NCBI GenBank assembly: GCA_033442325.1 | Contig: JAWQFM010000021.1 | Location: 1,116,480 to 1,180,479, forward strand | Direction: 5' to 3' | Length of the DNA: 64,000 nucleotides | From: Salpingoeca rosetta | Lineage: Eukaryota; Protista; Choanoflagellata | Part shown: positions 31,403 to 47,200 of the stretch, in pieces | How the letters are laid out: every line of letters starts with the position of its first letter | Numbering within the stretch: position 1 is the stretch's first letter | Translations under genes and position numbers: made by a program | Notes under the pieces: model-generated | Seen by the model: only the letters and a program-made list of their open reading frames with translations | What the model was told of the DNA's origin: nothing | Databases searched by the model: none

Positions 31403-32499
31403 CTCCGCTGTCTCACGTGCGTGCACTTTTTATGATGTCTTAACGAGAAGATCGACCCTACGGGCGAATCAACCGCCCAGCTGTCATGAGGGGGTATTCG
31501 AGTAGCCCGCTCAAGTGCAAATTCGAAGGAAGCCAAACCCCTGTTTTGCGTGCAAATGCAGAGCGTGCCTCATTCTGGTTCGCCTTCGAATTCGCCCTAT
31601 GTGTGAGAGTGTCTCCCAGTTCATGTTCATTCATGCTACATCCTTGTTTGCTTCACAACTCAAGTAAACACACACAACTCTCTCCTGCCAAGACAATCTC
31701 CTACACAGCACACACAGCACACACAGCACACACACACACACACAAGTCTCCAACAACAGCACCACCACCATGAACTTGCAACAATCAGACCACGGATGCC
31801 ACGAAGGGCACGGACATGGACGTTGCCTCCCCATCACCGACTGCACCTGATCGTGCTCTTCACACTGCCTCTTGTCTCGTCTTCGTGTGTCGTCTGTGTC
31901 GTCTGTGTCGGTCTGTCTCTCCTCTCTCTCTCTGTCTCTCTGTCTCTCTGTCTCTCTGTCTCTCTGTCTCTCTGTCTCTCTCTCTCTCTGTCTCTCTCTG
32001 ACTCTCTCTGTGTCTCTGTGTCTGTGTCTCTGTGGCGGCTTTTTGTGCCAACAAAAATTCGACTGCTGTCTACAAACAGTACAAACTACTAAAAATAGCC
32101 CCAGCATTTTTCTTCCCCTGATTTTCCTTTCGTTTCTGTGCACGTGTGTTCTTCGCCCATTTTTTTTTCGCTCACAGCAACAGACAGCATGTGCAGTGGA
32201 TGAAGCGATCAAGCACGGCTGCCATGACGGCCAGGATCACCCATGATGGCATGCCGCGGCGACAGCGACGCTGCTCGACGTACCATCACGAACGAGGTAC
32301 GCTTGCGTGTGCTTGTGCGTGCGTGTGCGTGTGCGTGTGCGTGCGCGTGTGTGTGTGTACTTGCATGTGCATATGTGCATGCGTGCACGCATGGCAGCTT
32401 TGCTGCTTCCTTTTCTCTTCTACTTGCCAGCACATGATTTGTTCTCCCGTGTCCTCTTCCACATTTGCCCTCCCTTTTCCCTTCTTTCACCTTTTCTCA

Positions 32500-32640
32500 T
32501 GCAAGTGTGTCAAATTGCTTTCCGCCTTCAACGTTCTCGTGTGGCGGCAAGCGTCCAAAGCTTGCAACACCAATTCCTCTTGTTGCTTGTGGTCTCGCCT
32601 TTGCTCTTGTGGTGGTGGCGTGTGTTGCGCATGCACACAC
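32500..32640 (+). ncRNA. Candidate H/ACA snoRNA, paralog 1
   Basis: Hairpin tgcaag/cttgca with an internal pocket and upper stem gctt.ccgcc/ggcgg.aagc. H box ACACCA lies 14 nt from the pocket top. Second hairpin cgcc/ggcg has ACA 14 nt downstream. Confidence 0.5.
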
Positions 32641-33231
32641 ATCCGCTCTCGTGCCAACAAGAGCGCTTGCGCGTTGGCTGCATGCATACATCCCCTACCA
32701 CGTGGCAATCATGTGTCGTGTTGTTTTGATGTGGTTGGTGTTTGCGTGTTGTTCCTCCGCGTGTCACTCACCCTTCCTTGATATGTTTGTATGTGTATTG
32801 TATGTGTGCATGTGTGTATATTGTGTGTGCGCGCATGTGTGTGTGTGTGTGAATGTGTATTTGTGTGTGTATGTGTGTGTGAATGTGTATTTGTGTGTGT
32901 GCGTGTTGAATTGGCAACAGTTACCATGCAGGCGTGATATGATGGCTGAACTGGGACAGGGGCATCTTGACTGCTGACCAGCGGCCAGCGTCTCATATGC
33001 AGCGAATCAAGCTCACCATGTCCATGGATGGTAAGTGTGCGTGTGGTTGTGTTTGTGTTTGTGGGTGTGGTTGTGTTTGTGTGTTTGACTGTTTGTACCC
33101 AGCTCGGCTCTGTGTTACCTTCCTCTTTGCCTTTCCCCATCTGCCACGCTTTCTCCCTCCCCCTTCCCCCTTTTGTCATTTCGCGTCCTTTCTTGTCCAC
33201 TTTCCCCCTCTCCCACTGTGTTGGACCCAAA

Positions 33232-33402
33232 GCGAGTATGCCATGCTCTCCGCCTTGAACGTTTACGTGTGGCGGCGAGTGTCCAAAGCTTGCGAGATCA
33301 AAAACCATCGTGTTTCCGTGCTTGCAGTCCTGCGTGTTTGTGTTCTTCTCGTCCTCCAGTGAGGCTGAGAGAGGGTGTGCGTTAGTTTTCCACCACACAC
33401 TC
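33232..33402 (+). ncRNA. Candidate H/ACA snoRNA, paralog 2
   Basis: Same 5' hairpin with a compensatory change, and H box AGATCA at 14 nt. The 3' hairpin is less canonical. Confidence 0.38.
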
Positions 33403-34146
33403 TCTTGGGTTTGGGAAGAACACAACCAATCTTTGAGCACGCTGGCTGTCTGCACACACCACCTCTTTGTTGTCCCTCTTTTCACTCTCCACACGTGTGT
33501 GTATGTGCATGTTAGCATTGTGTGCATGTTAGCATTGTGTGCATGTTAGCATTGTGTTTCTTTTGTCTTTGTTGACATTGCGTGTTTGCACTCATGCCCC
33601 ATGGGATTGTCTGTCATGTTGATCAACTCGTTGGCACATGCACGCAATGCATGTTCTCTCTCCTGTTGCATCTGTTGCAGGGCCTGCTTTCCGCTTCCTG
33701 TGCTGTGGAGAGCGCCATCACACGGAGCGGGCGTCTCGTTGGCCGGGCTCACGGTGGACACAAGACAAGCAAGGCGGCGGCGGCTGCTGTTGTTTGTTTG
33801 TTTGTTTGTTTGTTTGGCAGTTCGTGTTGGACTTGCTTGCCGGTGCGTGTGCACGAATGAGCTCTGGCTGGCTGGTGAAAGGAAGAAGTTCAGTAAATGT
33901 GTATGCATGCAACGGGTACAAGTGACAGGTTGCGAGTGGTGCCAGGGTGGTGCAAGCTCAATGCTGCTGTTGCTGTCTGTTGGTCACGGATGGTGCAACA
34001 ACACACAAACAAGAAGAATGCGCACACAAGCAGAAGGCCGCGCCACAGACAGGTGGGAAAGGAGGAAACAGGGAAGTGTGCGTGAGAAACGACAAGAGGT
34101 GGACAGATTCACAATGAACCAAAGCGCAGACATTCATCCTCCCCCC

Positions 34147-37354
<3,208 letters not shown>

Positions 37355-38581
37355 GTTCGTTGTTTGTGCGAGTGTGTTTGTGTGTAATGTGTGCACTGAT
37401 GTTTGTGGGTGTGTGTGGGTGTGTGGGTGTGGCTGCAGAGGCTTCACGCGCTTGCTTGCTGCTTGCTGCGATCAATCTGCGTGGGCTGCTGTGTTTCACT
37501 GCCTGCTGCTCAGTCGGTGCGGAGACGAGCGCTCGTTTTGCTCTTCTTCGTTCGTTTCGCTGACTCAGCACAGCCATTGTTGGCTGCAACTGCGGTTTGT
37601 GCTGTTCGGCGCGCGCTTGGATTGAAAAAACTGGCGCGCCCATTGTGCTGTGGATTCTGTGCATATCATAGCGAATCCTCTGACTGATTGCCACAACAAC
37701 GGTCAACCAAAAAAAAAAAAAACTCGCTTGCGCAGCGAAACAAAGCACCACAACGCACAATCGTCCACTGTTTTGCTTGCTTGCTTGCTTGCTTGCAGGC
37801 ATTCAGTGAACACACGCACGCCCCACCTCACACAAGCAAGCAGAGAGAGAGAAAAAAAAAAACTCGCGTGCCTGTGTCTGTGTGTTTGTGTGTGTGGTGC
37901 AAGAAAGAAGCAGGGACCAGTCAAGCCTTTTTGGATGCACGCACGCACGCTCGCTCGCTCGCACACGCCACCGTTTCCACTCTCACTCTCAAACCACTTC
38001 GCTCCCCTCAACACCCATCTCGCTGGTGAGTGAGTCTTGTGTTTGGCCTGTGCGATGCTGTGACCAGAGCGAGCGGGCTGCTTGCGTTGCATCGCTGGCT
38101 GGCCTGGCCGGCGGGCTGGCTGGCTGCCTTGCTGGTCATGCCTGTCTTGCTTGTCTTGCTTGTCTACGTTGGTGCTGCGGCCGTGCCACCACCACCACCA
38201 CCACCACCTTCCTTCCTTCCTTCCCTCGCTTTTGTTCCTTCCCACACTTTGTTCCTTCCACTGCCACTGCATTACCCATCACCCACCCGTACACACACAC
38301 ACACACACACGCACACCAAGTTTTGCTGCACTTGAAACAAACCAACAAACCCGACCGCACCCCACCTCCTTTTGTCGCGTGTGTGTCACTGAACGCGAAA
38401 CACCAGCACCACCACCACCACCATCCATTGTATGCGCGCACCCACACCCACACACACACACACGCACCATTCATTGTCACGCCCTCGACACTGCTTGCTG
38501 TTTGCTCTGCGGCCTCGAATCAAAAGCCGCCTGCCTGCCTCTGTCCTTCCTCCTCATTCCCTCTCACACAGTGCCGCACCC

Positions 38582-38617
<36 letters not shown>

Positions 38618-38881
38618 GATCCCATCCGTCCATTCATTGTGCGCGTCCTCCTCCTTCTTCTCCTTCTCCTTCTCCACCCTTGCTCCTCAATTTCATTTGC
38701 ACTCCGCACGCCGACACGCCATAACCCCGACATCCCGCCTGTCTGTAGCTGCATTCTCGCAGAGTAGTGCGCAGTAGCTTGGTTGTTTATTTGTTCATTC
38801 ACCTGTTCCTTCCTTCCTTCCTTTCTTGCTTCCTACCAGCCTTCAACCAGGTGAGGTCCTTGCTTGTGCTACTCCCCCCCC

Positions 38882-38932
<51 letters not shown>

Positions 38933-39479
38933 ACACACACCACAACCTGTCACACCCGTCCTCCTTGCGTGTCCTCTCCACCCTTTGCCGTGCGTGCGTG
39001 CACGCATGCACGCATTCACCCACCTTCTTCTTCTTCTTCTCCTCTCTCTCTGTCTCTGTCGGCCATCGATCGACAACAGATCGCATACACATCCCACCTC
39101 TTGCCACTCTCTTTATCCATTGCCATCCATCCACACCACACCCGCCACGCCAATTGTTGCTGTGCATTGGGCCAGTCCCTCTTCCTTTCGCTTGTTCGTC
39201 TTGTCTCTTGCCTTCTACGTGCGCGCACGCACGCACTTGAGCCAGTTTCTTGTCCATTCACACCACAAACTTGTCACACGCGCGAGCTTGTTCCACCATC
39301 ACCTTCGGGTTTCCTCAAGCCGTCTTCCTTTGGCCCAGCATCAGCACCCAATATCACCAACTCACCGCTCGTACCTTCCCATCCCCTTGCACAACGTCAT
39401 ATCATCCCACGACACACAGCCCCGCGTTTGTTGTCGTTCCTTGCCCCTTGCCTTCTTTCAGCCGTTCCACATCACCGCC

Positions 39480-40109
39480 ATGGCACGGTCAGCGCCGCTT
39501 CTGCTGGCCGTTGTGGCCCTGATGGTTGGCTCCATCTCGGCTCAGGTCTCAAACCCAAGCTTCGAAAGCCCAGACGTTGTACAAGGTGCGCTCGTGTTGT
39601 CGTGGCACCCATGTCTTGCTGCTTTGTTACCTCCTTGCCTCTTGCTGAACAACATTCATGCGTGCATGCTCGCATGTGTTGCACACATCATAATGCCAGC
39701 ATAACCTCGCTTCGGTTCTCATCTCGTCATCTCTCCCTGTCCCTCCTTTCTATGGCTGTGCATGTGTGTGTGTGTGTGTTTGTGTGTCCTATCCACTTTT
39801 TCTCTGCCTCTTGTCTTGGTTGTTGGAACGATGACTTGCCCAATGCAATATTACAGGCGATGGCACCACCCCTGCTGCTGACTGGACTGGTGGCGTCACC
39901 ATTCAGTGAGTTTTGCCACATTTGTCGTGTGCAAAGCGTACTCAACTTGCCAGTGCCCTCTCAACACGGCAACCAGCCGGTTTTAGTTTGCAACTGTCTG
40001 TCTCCGCGTTTCCTCCCTCCCTCCCTCTCCCTCCCTCTCTCTTGCTCACAACAACGCCGCCCGCAACACCACTACCACCCACTTCTTCTTTCCCCCATCC
40101 TCCTCCCTT

Positions 40110-40162
<53 letters not shown>

Positions 40163-41234
40163 ACGCATACGCACGCACCCTCTCCACCTCCTCTCTCAAA
40201 ACCCACACAGGCCCGGCGTGGGCACGTTCCAGAACCAGCACCAATCCCAGGTGCTTCGTCTCGAGTCCGGCACCTCCAGCTTCCAAGACATCGCCCTGGT
40301 GCGTCGCACCCGCCTGCTTGGTGCCCTGTTGTCGAGTCGTCCATCCCCAGCGCATGCGCCTGCTTCTGCTTGCGTTCGTGTCTGTAGATCGTGCACACAC
40401 TGCCGCTGCCATGGTCTTGATCTCTGTTCACCGGTGTCTTGGCGTCTGCTCCTTGCATGCATGCATCCATTTTGCAGGTTTACGAGACAGACACCGTGTA
40501 CATGCTGACCGTCTCTGTGGCTCGTGCGGTGCGTTGACCTACACACACACGCAATTGCCCACACGTGCTTCCGTGCATGTCTGGCATCGAGCATGGCTTT
40601 CCCCCTGGCCCATACCCTATTACCGCCTTCCTTTCAGTTGCATCGAGTGCACGCGCTCACTTTGATCCACGTTCCCATCATTACCATCACCCCCACCCCC
40701 GCTTTTGTCCCATGTGTAGGGCGCCTTCCCTGGCGCCACGTTGTCGCTGCAAACCTCCAATGGCGACACTGTGTCCTCCGAGTCCATCATCGAGGCGCAG
40801 CTGAACAACGCAGAGTTCATCGACTTCAGCACCCAGGCGGTACGTTGTGTTGTGTTGTGGGGCTGGTGGCACGCTGTTGTTGTGAGTGGGCACACAAACC
40901 ATCTGCAGATGGGCAGACGGCTGTAGAGCATTTGATGACTGCATGATGCCCTCCCGTCTCGGTGCTCATGATCCATTTCCACTCTCCCTCTATTACCTGC
41001 CGCCGTGTGTTTTGTTTTCTCCATCAGATGCTGGACGCTACGCAAGTCGACCTCATTGGCCAAGTTGCCCGCGTCCGTTTCGGTGCGTTGACTGTCAATG
41101 GAAGTGGGAGGCAGGAAACGTTAAGCCTTGAGCGTCTCGTGCATGTACAAGGCCCGCAGCGCATCCTCACTTGCCTGAACTTTCACCTTTTAACCCTGTA
41201 CTTCAACACGCACACACCCACACACACACACACA

Positions 41235-41283
<49 letters not shown>

Positions 41284-44200
41284 ACGCGCACGTGCACCAC
41301 AGACTGCGCTGCGGCTGCCAGCACAGAGTACTGCTACTTTGACCTGGTGCGCGTTGTCTCCTTCATCCCAGACTCTACCTTCGAGCCATCTACAGCTGAC
41401 AGTAAGTTCCAACAAGCGACCGATGTCCCTCGCTCCAGCAGCAATGTCACCCCCCCCCCCCCACACGCGCACCCTCACGCACTCTTACACTCTCACATAC
41501 ACATACCCTTTGCGCCTCGCTTCCTGCCTCGCCTGTTATCTTGCTTCTCCGTTACCTTCCTTGCCTACCTCACCCTCACCCGATTCTCGAATCCCCCCCC
41601 CCCCGGGCTCAACAGCCACCATGGAGATGGGCACGACGGAGGGTCTGCTTGAGACAACCAGGGATACGTCCACGTCCACGTCCACATCCACATCGACGTC
41701 TTCGTCAACCTCCAGCAGCACGAGCACCACGTCGTCCACGTCTTCATCCACCTCCTCATCCACCTCCACCACCACCTCCACATCCTCCTCAACCTCCTCA
41801 TCCACCTCCTCTTCGACCTCAACCACCACTTCGACCTCCTCGTCCACCTCATCATCCACGTCCACGTCCACGTCCACCACCTCCTCCACTTCCTCCTCCA
41901 CCTCATCCTCCACCTCCACGTCGACCTCGTCCTCGTCCTCCACCACCACCTCCACGTCCACCTCTTCCTCGCACGTGACGGACGTCTAATAGACGTGCGG
42001 GATGCCGTCTCATGGGTCGACTGCAAAGGGAAGATTCCTTAATATCGGGCGTAACACCGTATTGTGGATCTACGAATGTGTCCTGGTTAGGACCGAAAAT
42101 CATTGTTGGGACACCGAACAGTATAGTATAAAATTGTTACCAGCGTTGAAGGTGGAACATCAACATATGAAACGCTGCCGCTACCGCCACCCGCTGATCT
42201 TCTATATCCATTTAAAGCGGGTAAATGAGTTCAGGATCCAGCTCCTGTAAGTTGTTCGTTCTAGCGGAATCGAATCACCACTTACTTGCTCGGCATAGTC
42301 CTCCTCGTCTTCCTCGTCCACATCAACCAGCACTTCTTCCTCTTCCTCCACTTCGACGTCCACGTCCTCATCGTCCTCCACATCCACATCCACGTCGTCT
42401 TCTTCATCAACCTCCACCTCCACTTCATCCTCCACCTCGTCGTCCACCACCTCGTCCACCTCCACCTCCACGTCTTCCTCCTCCTCCACATCCACATCCA
42501 CGTCCACATCGTCTTCCTCCTCAACGTCCACTTCAACCTCCACCTCCACTTCAACCTCAACCTCCTCTTCATCCTCTACCTCCACTTCCACCTCCACCTC
42601 CACCTCATCCTCGTCCACCACCACCACGACACCTGTCACCGTGTACCCGCTCAACAACCCCTCCTTCGAGGTGGACACGGTCGATGCCGGTGCCTTCACC
42701 ACGTCGGCCACAGGCTGGTCCATCAACGGCCGTGCTGGCACCTTCCGCCCAACCCCATCCATCTTCCCTCTGGTGCGTCACCCCAGGCGTTCATGTCAAT
42801 GTTTTTTGCTGTTGCTGCTATTGCTGCTGCTATTGCTGCTGTACTTGCTGCATTTGCGCTCGTGTGTAGTTGCTTGGGGCTTGGCTGCACTGCTTGCACG
42901 TCTCGTTAAGGGTCCGTTTCCTTCGCAGTCTCTGTTGTTGCCCCATCTGTCACCGTCTTGTCGTTTTTCTGCACTCGGTTTATTCATCCTTCTCACCAAC
43001 CGACTGCACATCGCGTGTCATGCCCACCCACCTCATCAACCTTCTTCTGCTGGCAGCCTCTCGCGTCCCCCGCGGACCAGGAGCAGCTGTTCTGGATGCG
43101 CGGTGGCGCTGCGGCCTGGCAGGTTGTTCCCGACCTCACCATCTCCTCAGACACGGCCTACTATGTCACCCTTGCTGTTGGCGCTCGCCTCGACTTCCCC
43201 TTCCCCGAGAGCTTTGGCGTTGCCCTGACAAACGGCTTTGGCAACGAAACCATTGTCTGGAGCCACTACAACGCTTCCAGCCTCGGCCTCACCCCAGGCG
43301 GCTTTGTCCCCATCACACTCTGGTTCACCACCGCCGAGAACGCCTTCAGCGAGTTTTACGGCGAGCAGATGCAGGTGTGTCAGTCAAACCATATGGCTGG
43401 ATGAATGTATGACGTTGTGTGTGCGTGTTTGCGTGTGCGTGTGTGTGTGTGTGCATGCGTGCGTCTGAGCACAGGTGTGTATGCCCTTATGTGTGCGTGC
43501 GTGTATTCCCTTACATGTGCGTGCGTGTGCACGCCCTTATTCGTGTGTGTTCAAGTAAGTGCGCGCGTGTCCCAATGCGCCTGCTCCATCTCTCCATCTC
43601 CTGCTTGTTCACAGTGCTGTTCCTCTCACAACCCTCGTCCGCCCTCCCTGGCACTCTTTTCGTCACCCGCTTTTGCCCCCCCCCCGGCGCCTCCCTTGGC
43701 AGATTCGCTTCTGGTCCAACGGTGAAGCCCGCTCCCAGGTCATCTTCGACAACTTTGCTGCCACCAGCGTGGTGGACATTGTCACCACCACGACGGAGGC
43801 CCCCATGGACCTTGCTGTCTTCAACCCGAGCTTCGAGCGCGACGACCTCATGAGCCGTGGCGTGGAGTGGATCGACTCTGCCCGCGGCTGGGAGGTCACT
43901 GGCCCCGCTGGCACCTTCCGCCCCGACGCCACCCACTTCAACCTCATTGAGAACAACACCGTGCTGCCACCGCCGGCCCGGGGCGCACAGGCCCTCTTTG
44001 TCCGCCCCATCAACGGCCGCGCCAGCCAGATTCTGCGCATGGCCCCGCTCGAGCGCGACGGCGTGTACGAGGTCTGCTACTCCGTGGGCAAGCGCCTCGA
44101 CAAGGCCTTCCCCACCGCTGCTGTCGGCCAGCTGCGCACCTGGCCCAACGGCCAGCTGCTCGCCAGCGCCATCACCTTCCAGTCTGACGTCACCAGCGGC

Positions 44201-47200
44201 CAGTTTGTCCGCGAGTGCCTCGTGTACCGCGGCTCGGACGCGAACGCCACCGCGGACGGCCAGCTGCTGCAGCTCGTCTTCTTCGTCCAGGGCACAGACC
44301 ACCTCGCCCAGGCCGTGTTTGACAACGTCGAGGCCAGCACCCAGTTTGTGGACCAGGTGGACTTCACCACCTTTGAGCCCACGACGGAGGAGGTCACCAT
44401 GCCGCCCTTCGTGCCGGACTGCGCCAGGGAGTGCACGCCGCGCATCGCCACCCCGCTCGAGCAGTACGACCTCGGCTGGGAGGGCCTGACCGACGGCACC
44501 ACCGCAGACCTGACCGACAACGGCCACCTCGAGGGCATCGTCGTGGCGCGCACGGCCGGCATTGTTGGTGTCTTTGGCTTTGACGACAACGGCACCCTGG
44601 TGCAGGAGGTGGTGGACGACACGCTCAACGAGCCCCGCCACGTGGAGGCTGCCGACATCAACCGCGACGGCAGGCCCGACTTTGTGGTCACCTCCAGCAA
44701 CAGCGACGAGGTCATCGTGTACGTGAACGAGGGCGCAGCGGTGCCGGGCGCCATGCCCAACATCACCAAGCACGTGCTCGGCGTCACCATCGACGACCCG
44801 CGCGGCTTTGCCCTCGCCGACGTCGACAACGACCGCGACCTGGACATCATCGTCACCTCGCAGAGCACCGGCACGGTGAACATCCTGTACAACGACTGCT
44901 GCCGCCCCCGCCGCCCCTGTGGCGTGTGCGGCCCCATCACGTGGTCCCTCGAGGTCATCACGGGCGTTGCGGGCGCCCGCTCCGTTGTCGCCGCAAACGT
45001 CGACGACGACAGCTGGCTCGAGCTCGTTGTCGGCGGCGCCTCCGTCTCCGTTATCGACCGCGTGGACGACACCTGGATGGTGCGTGCCGTGAACGAGGGC
45101 ACCGCCACCAACTTCATCTCCGTCGCCGCTGCAGACGTCAACCACGACGGCCTCACGGACGTGGTTGCCGTGTCCCTGTCCAACAACGCCGCGTACGCCT
45201 GGCTCAACGCCGGCAGCGGCACCTTTGGCGTCGGCCTCATCCTGTCCAACCAGCTCATGGGCGCATACGACGTGAAGCTCTCCGACATCAACCTCGACGG
45301 CTTTGTGGACATTGTTGTGGCCTCGCGCCAGGACAGCTCCATCTCCGTGTTCTACACGCGGCCGGGCGTGATTGAGAACCGCGTCGTGCTCTCCAGCGCC
45401 GTGGATACGGTGCACAGCGTCATCGTGCGCGACCTCGACTTTGACGGCGACATTGACGTTGCAGGCATCTCCTTCACCACCAACAGCGTGTACTACCTGC
45501 AGAACCTGTGCTGCAACGACCTGCCCCCGACCACCGCCGAGCCAACCACCCGCCCGCCGCGCTTCGTCGTGGCCAACCCGTCCTTTGAGGCAGACTCGCT
45601 GGCCAACTCGGCCACCTCCTTCGTCACCCGCGCCACGGGCTGGAGGGTCACGGGCACCGCGGGAACGTACCGTCCCGAAATTGCCGCCCTGCCCCGCGAA
45701 GGCAGCGCGCTCGCCCCGCCCTTGGACCGGCAGCAGGTCGCCTTCCTTCGCGCGGGCTCCGTCATCCAGCAGACGCTCGGCAACGCGCGCATTGTGGCCA
45801 ACGGCTTTGTGGGCGTGTGGGTGGCCGTGGCCTGGCGCCAGGACCGCTTCTTCGCCTTCCCCAACGTCACCATCTCCCTCGTGTCCTCGGAGTCCGGGTA
45901 TGAGCTTGCCAGCACGCTGGTGACGGCGGACCACCTGGACAACACCCCCGGCACCATCTACCCGGCGCACGTGTGGTTTATGACGGGCTTTGGGCACGAG
46001 GCCAACGGGGAGTCGCTCACCATCCGCATCAGCGCCACGGGCCCCTCCAACTCGCAGGCCGCTGTGGACAACGTCTCCGTTGACTTTGACCGGCCCGAGA
46101 CAACGCCCATGGCCACGACCACCGTGGAGACGACGCAGGCCGCAACGACGGTTGAGGCCACAACGGAGGACATGGCCACCACGGAGGACGTGCTCATCAC
46201 CACCACGGAGGAGCCCGAGACCACGACGGCCACCACCACCACCACCACGACGGAGGCCACGACGACAGAGGAGGTGGCGCCGACCACCACGACCGAGGAG
46301 CCCACCACCACCACCGAGGAGCCAACGACCACAGAGGAGGTCATCATCACCACCATGGGCGCCCCCGCCACCACTGCCGAGGAGACGTGCATGCCGCTGT
46401 TCATCGAGAACGGTGGGTTTGAGGCCGACGACGCCTCTTCCGCGCCGAACAACTTCCTCCTCTTCGCCTCTGGCTGGAACGTGACTGGCTCTGCGGGCAC
46501 GTTCCTTGCGCCGCCCACCGCCTTTGACGACACCATGCCCGGGGGCTTCCTCGCCCCGCCCGCAGACGGCAAGCAGGTGCTCTTCATCAAGCCCGGCGCG
46601 AGCGTGTGGCAGACGGTGACGTCGTTCACCTTTGTTGGCGGCAACAACTACACGATGCAGTTTGCTGTGCTGTGGCGCCGCGACCGCCCGCTCGTCTTCC
46701 CGGAGAGCATCACCGTCACCACCACCTCCAGCGTGCTGAACCAGCCCATCGCCACCGCCGTCATCACCCGGCAGCAGCTCGGCATCGTTGCCGGGCAGCA
46801 GGTGGAGGTTGTGCTCACCCTGAGCGTGGCCCGCGACGCGCCGTATATTGGCGAGGGCGTCACCGTCGAGTTTACCGCCGACGGCGTGTCCAACGCGCAG
46901 GCCGCCATCGACAACGTGCGCATGTGCGAAACGGAGGCCCCGGCCACCACCATGCCCATGCCCACCACCGCCGAGCCCACGACCACGACGACCACGACGA
47001 CCACGACCACGACGACCACCACGGAGACGGTCCTGCCAACCACGGAGGAGCCGCCCATGGTGCTGCCCATGCGCAACCCAAGCTTTGAGGTGGACGACCT
47101 GAGCGAGAGCAGCAGCTCGTTTGCCTCGTACGTCGCCACGGGCTGGCAGTTCTCGGGCTCTGGCCTTGCGGGCACCTTCCGCCCACGGGCCGGCGCCTTT

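Larger units (their letters stand above)
26966..31597. mobile_element. PIF/Harbinger DNA transposon 3 (4632 bp), 22-bp perfect TIRs GGGCGAATTCGAAGGCGAACCA, TSD TAT
   Basis: TIRs at 26966-26987 and 31576-31597; TAT at 26963-26965 and 31598-31600. Subterminal ATTCGAAGGAA copies. Confidence 0.93.
32184..33760 (+). ncRNA. Spliced, apparently non-coding unit (exon-like 32184-32296, 32921-33030, 33681-); possible snoRNA host gene; mirrored in the left arm
   Basis: cag acceptors and gtacgc/gtaagt donors around microsatellite-rich introns. Exon 32921-33030 has stops in all three frames. Confidence 0.4.
31624..34102. repeat. Right arm of the ~2.47-kb inverted repeat; includes 160 bp of LTR-A (31624-31783)
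   Basis: Reverse complement of 9283-11753. Confidence 0.95.

Noticed and set aside
32540-32561. Resemblance of tgtggcggcaagcgtccaaagc to an LSU rRNA segment
   Set aside because: Short and gapped, and the flanks do not match. Not called rRNA.
9283-34102. Giant TIR transposon or endogenous virus (Polinton/virophage) defined by the long inverted repeats
   Set aside because: No TSD, no polymerase, capsid or own integrase, and the arm includes part of a copia LTR. An inverted duplication fits better, though it is not proven.
41972-42298. Group I or group II intron, or small bacterial-type gene (27-aa ORF at ~42167)
   Set aside because: The S-like GGCATAGTCC overlaps the exon with no P9 after it. 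There is no domain V, and the short ORF is expected by chance.
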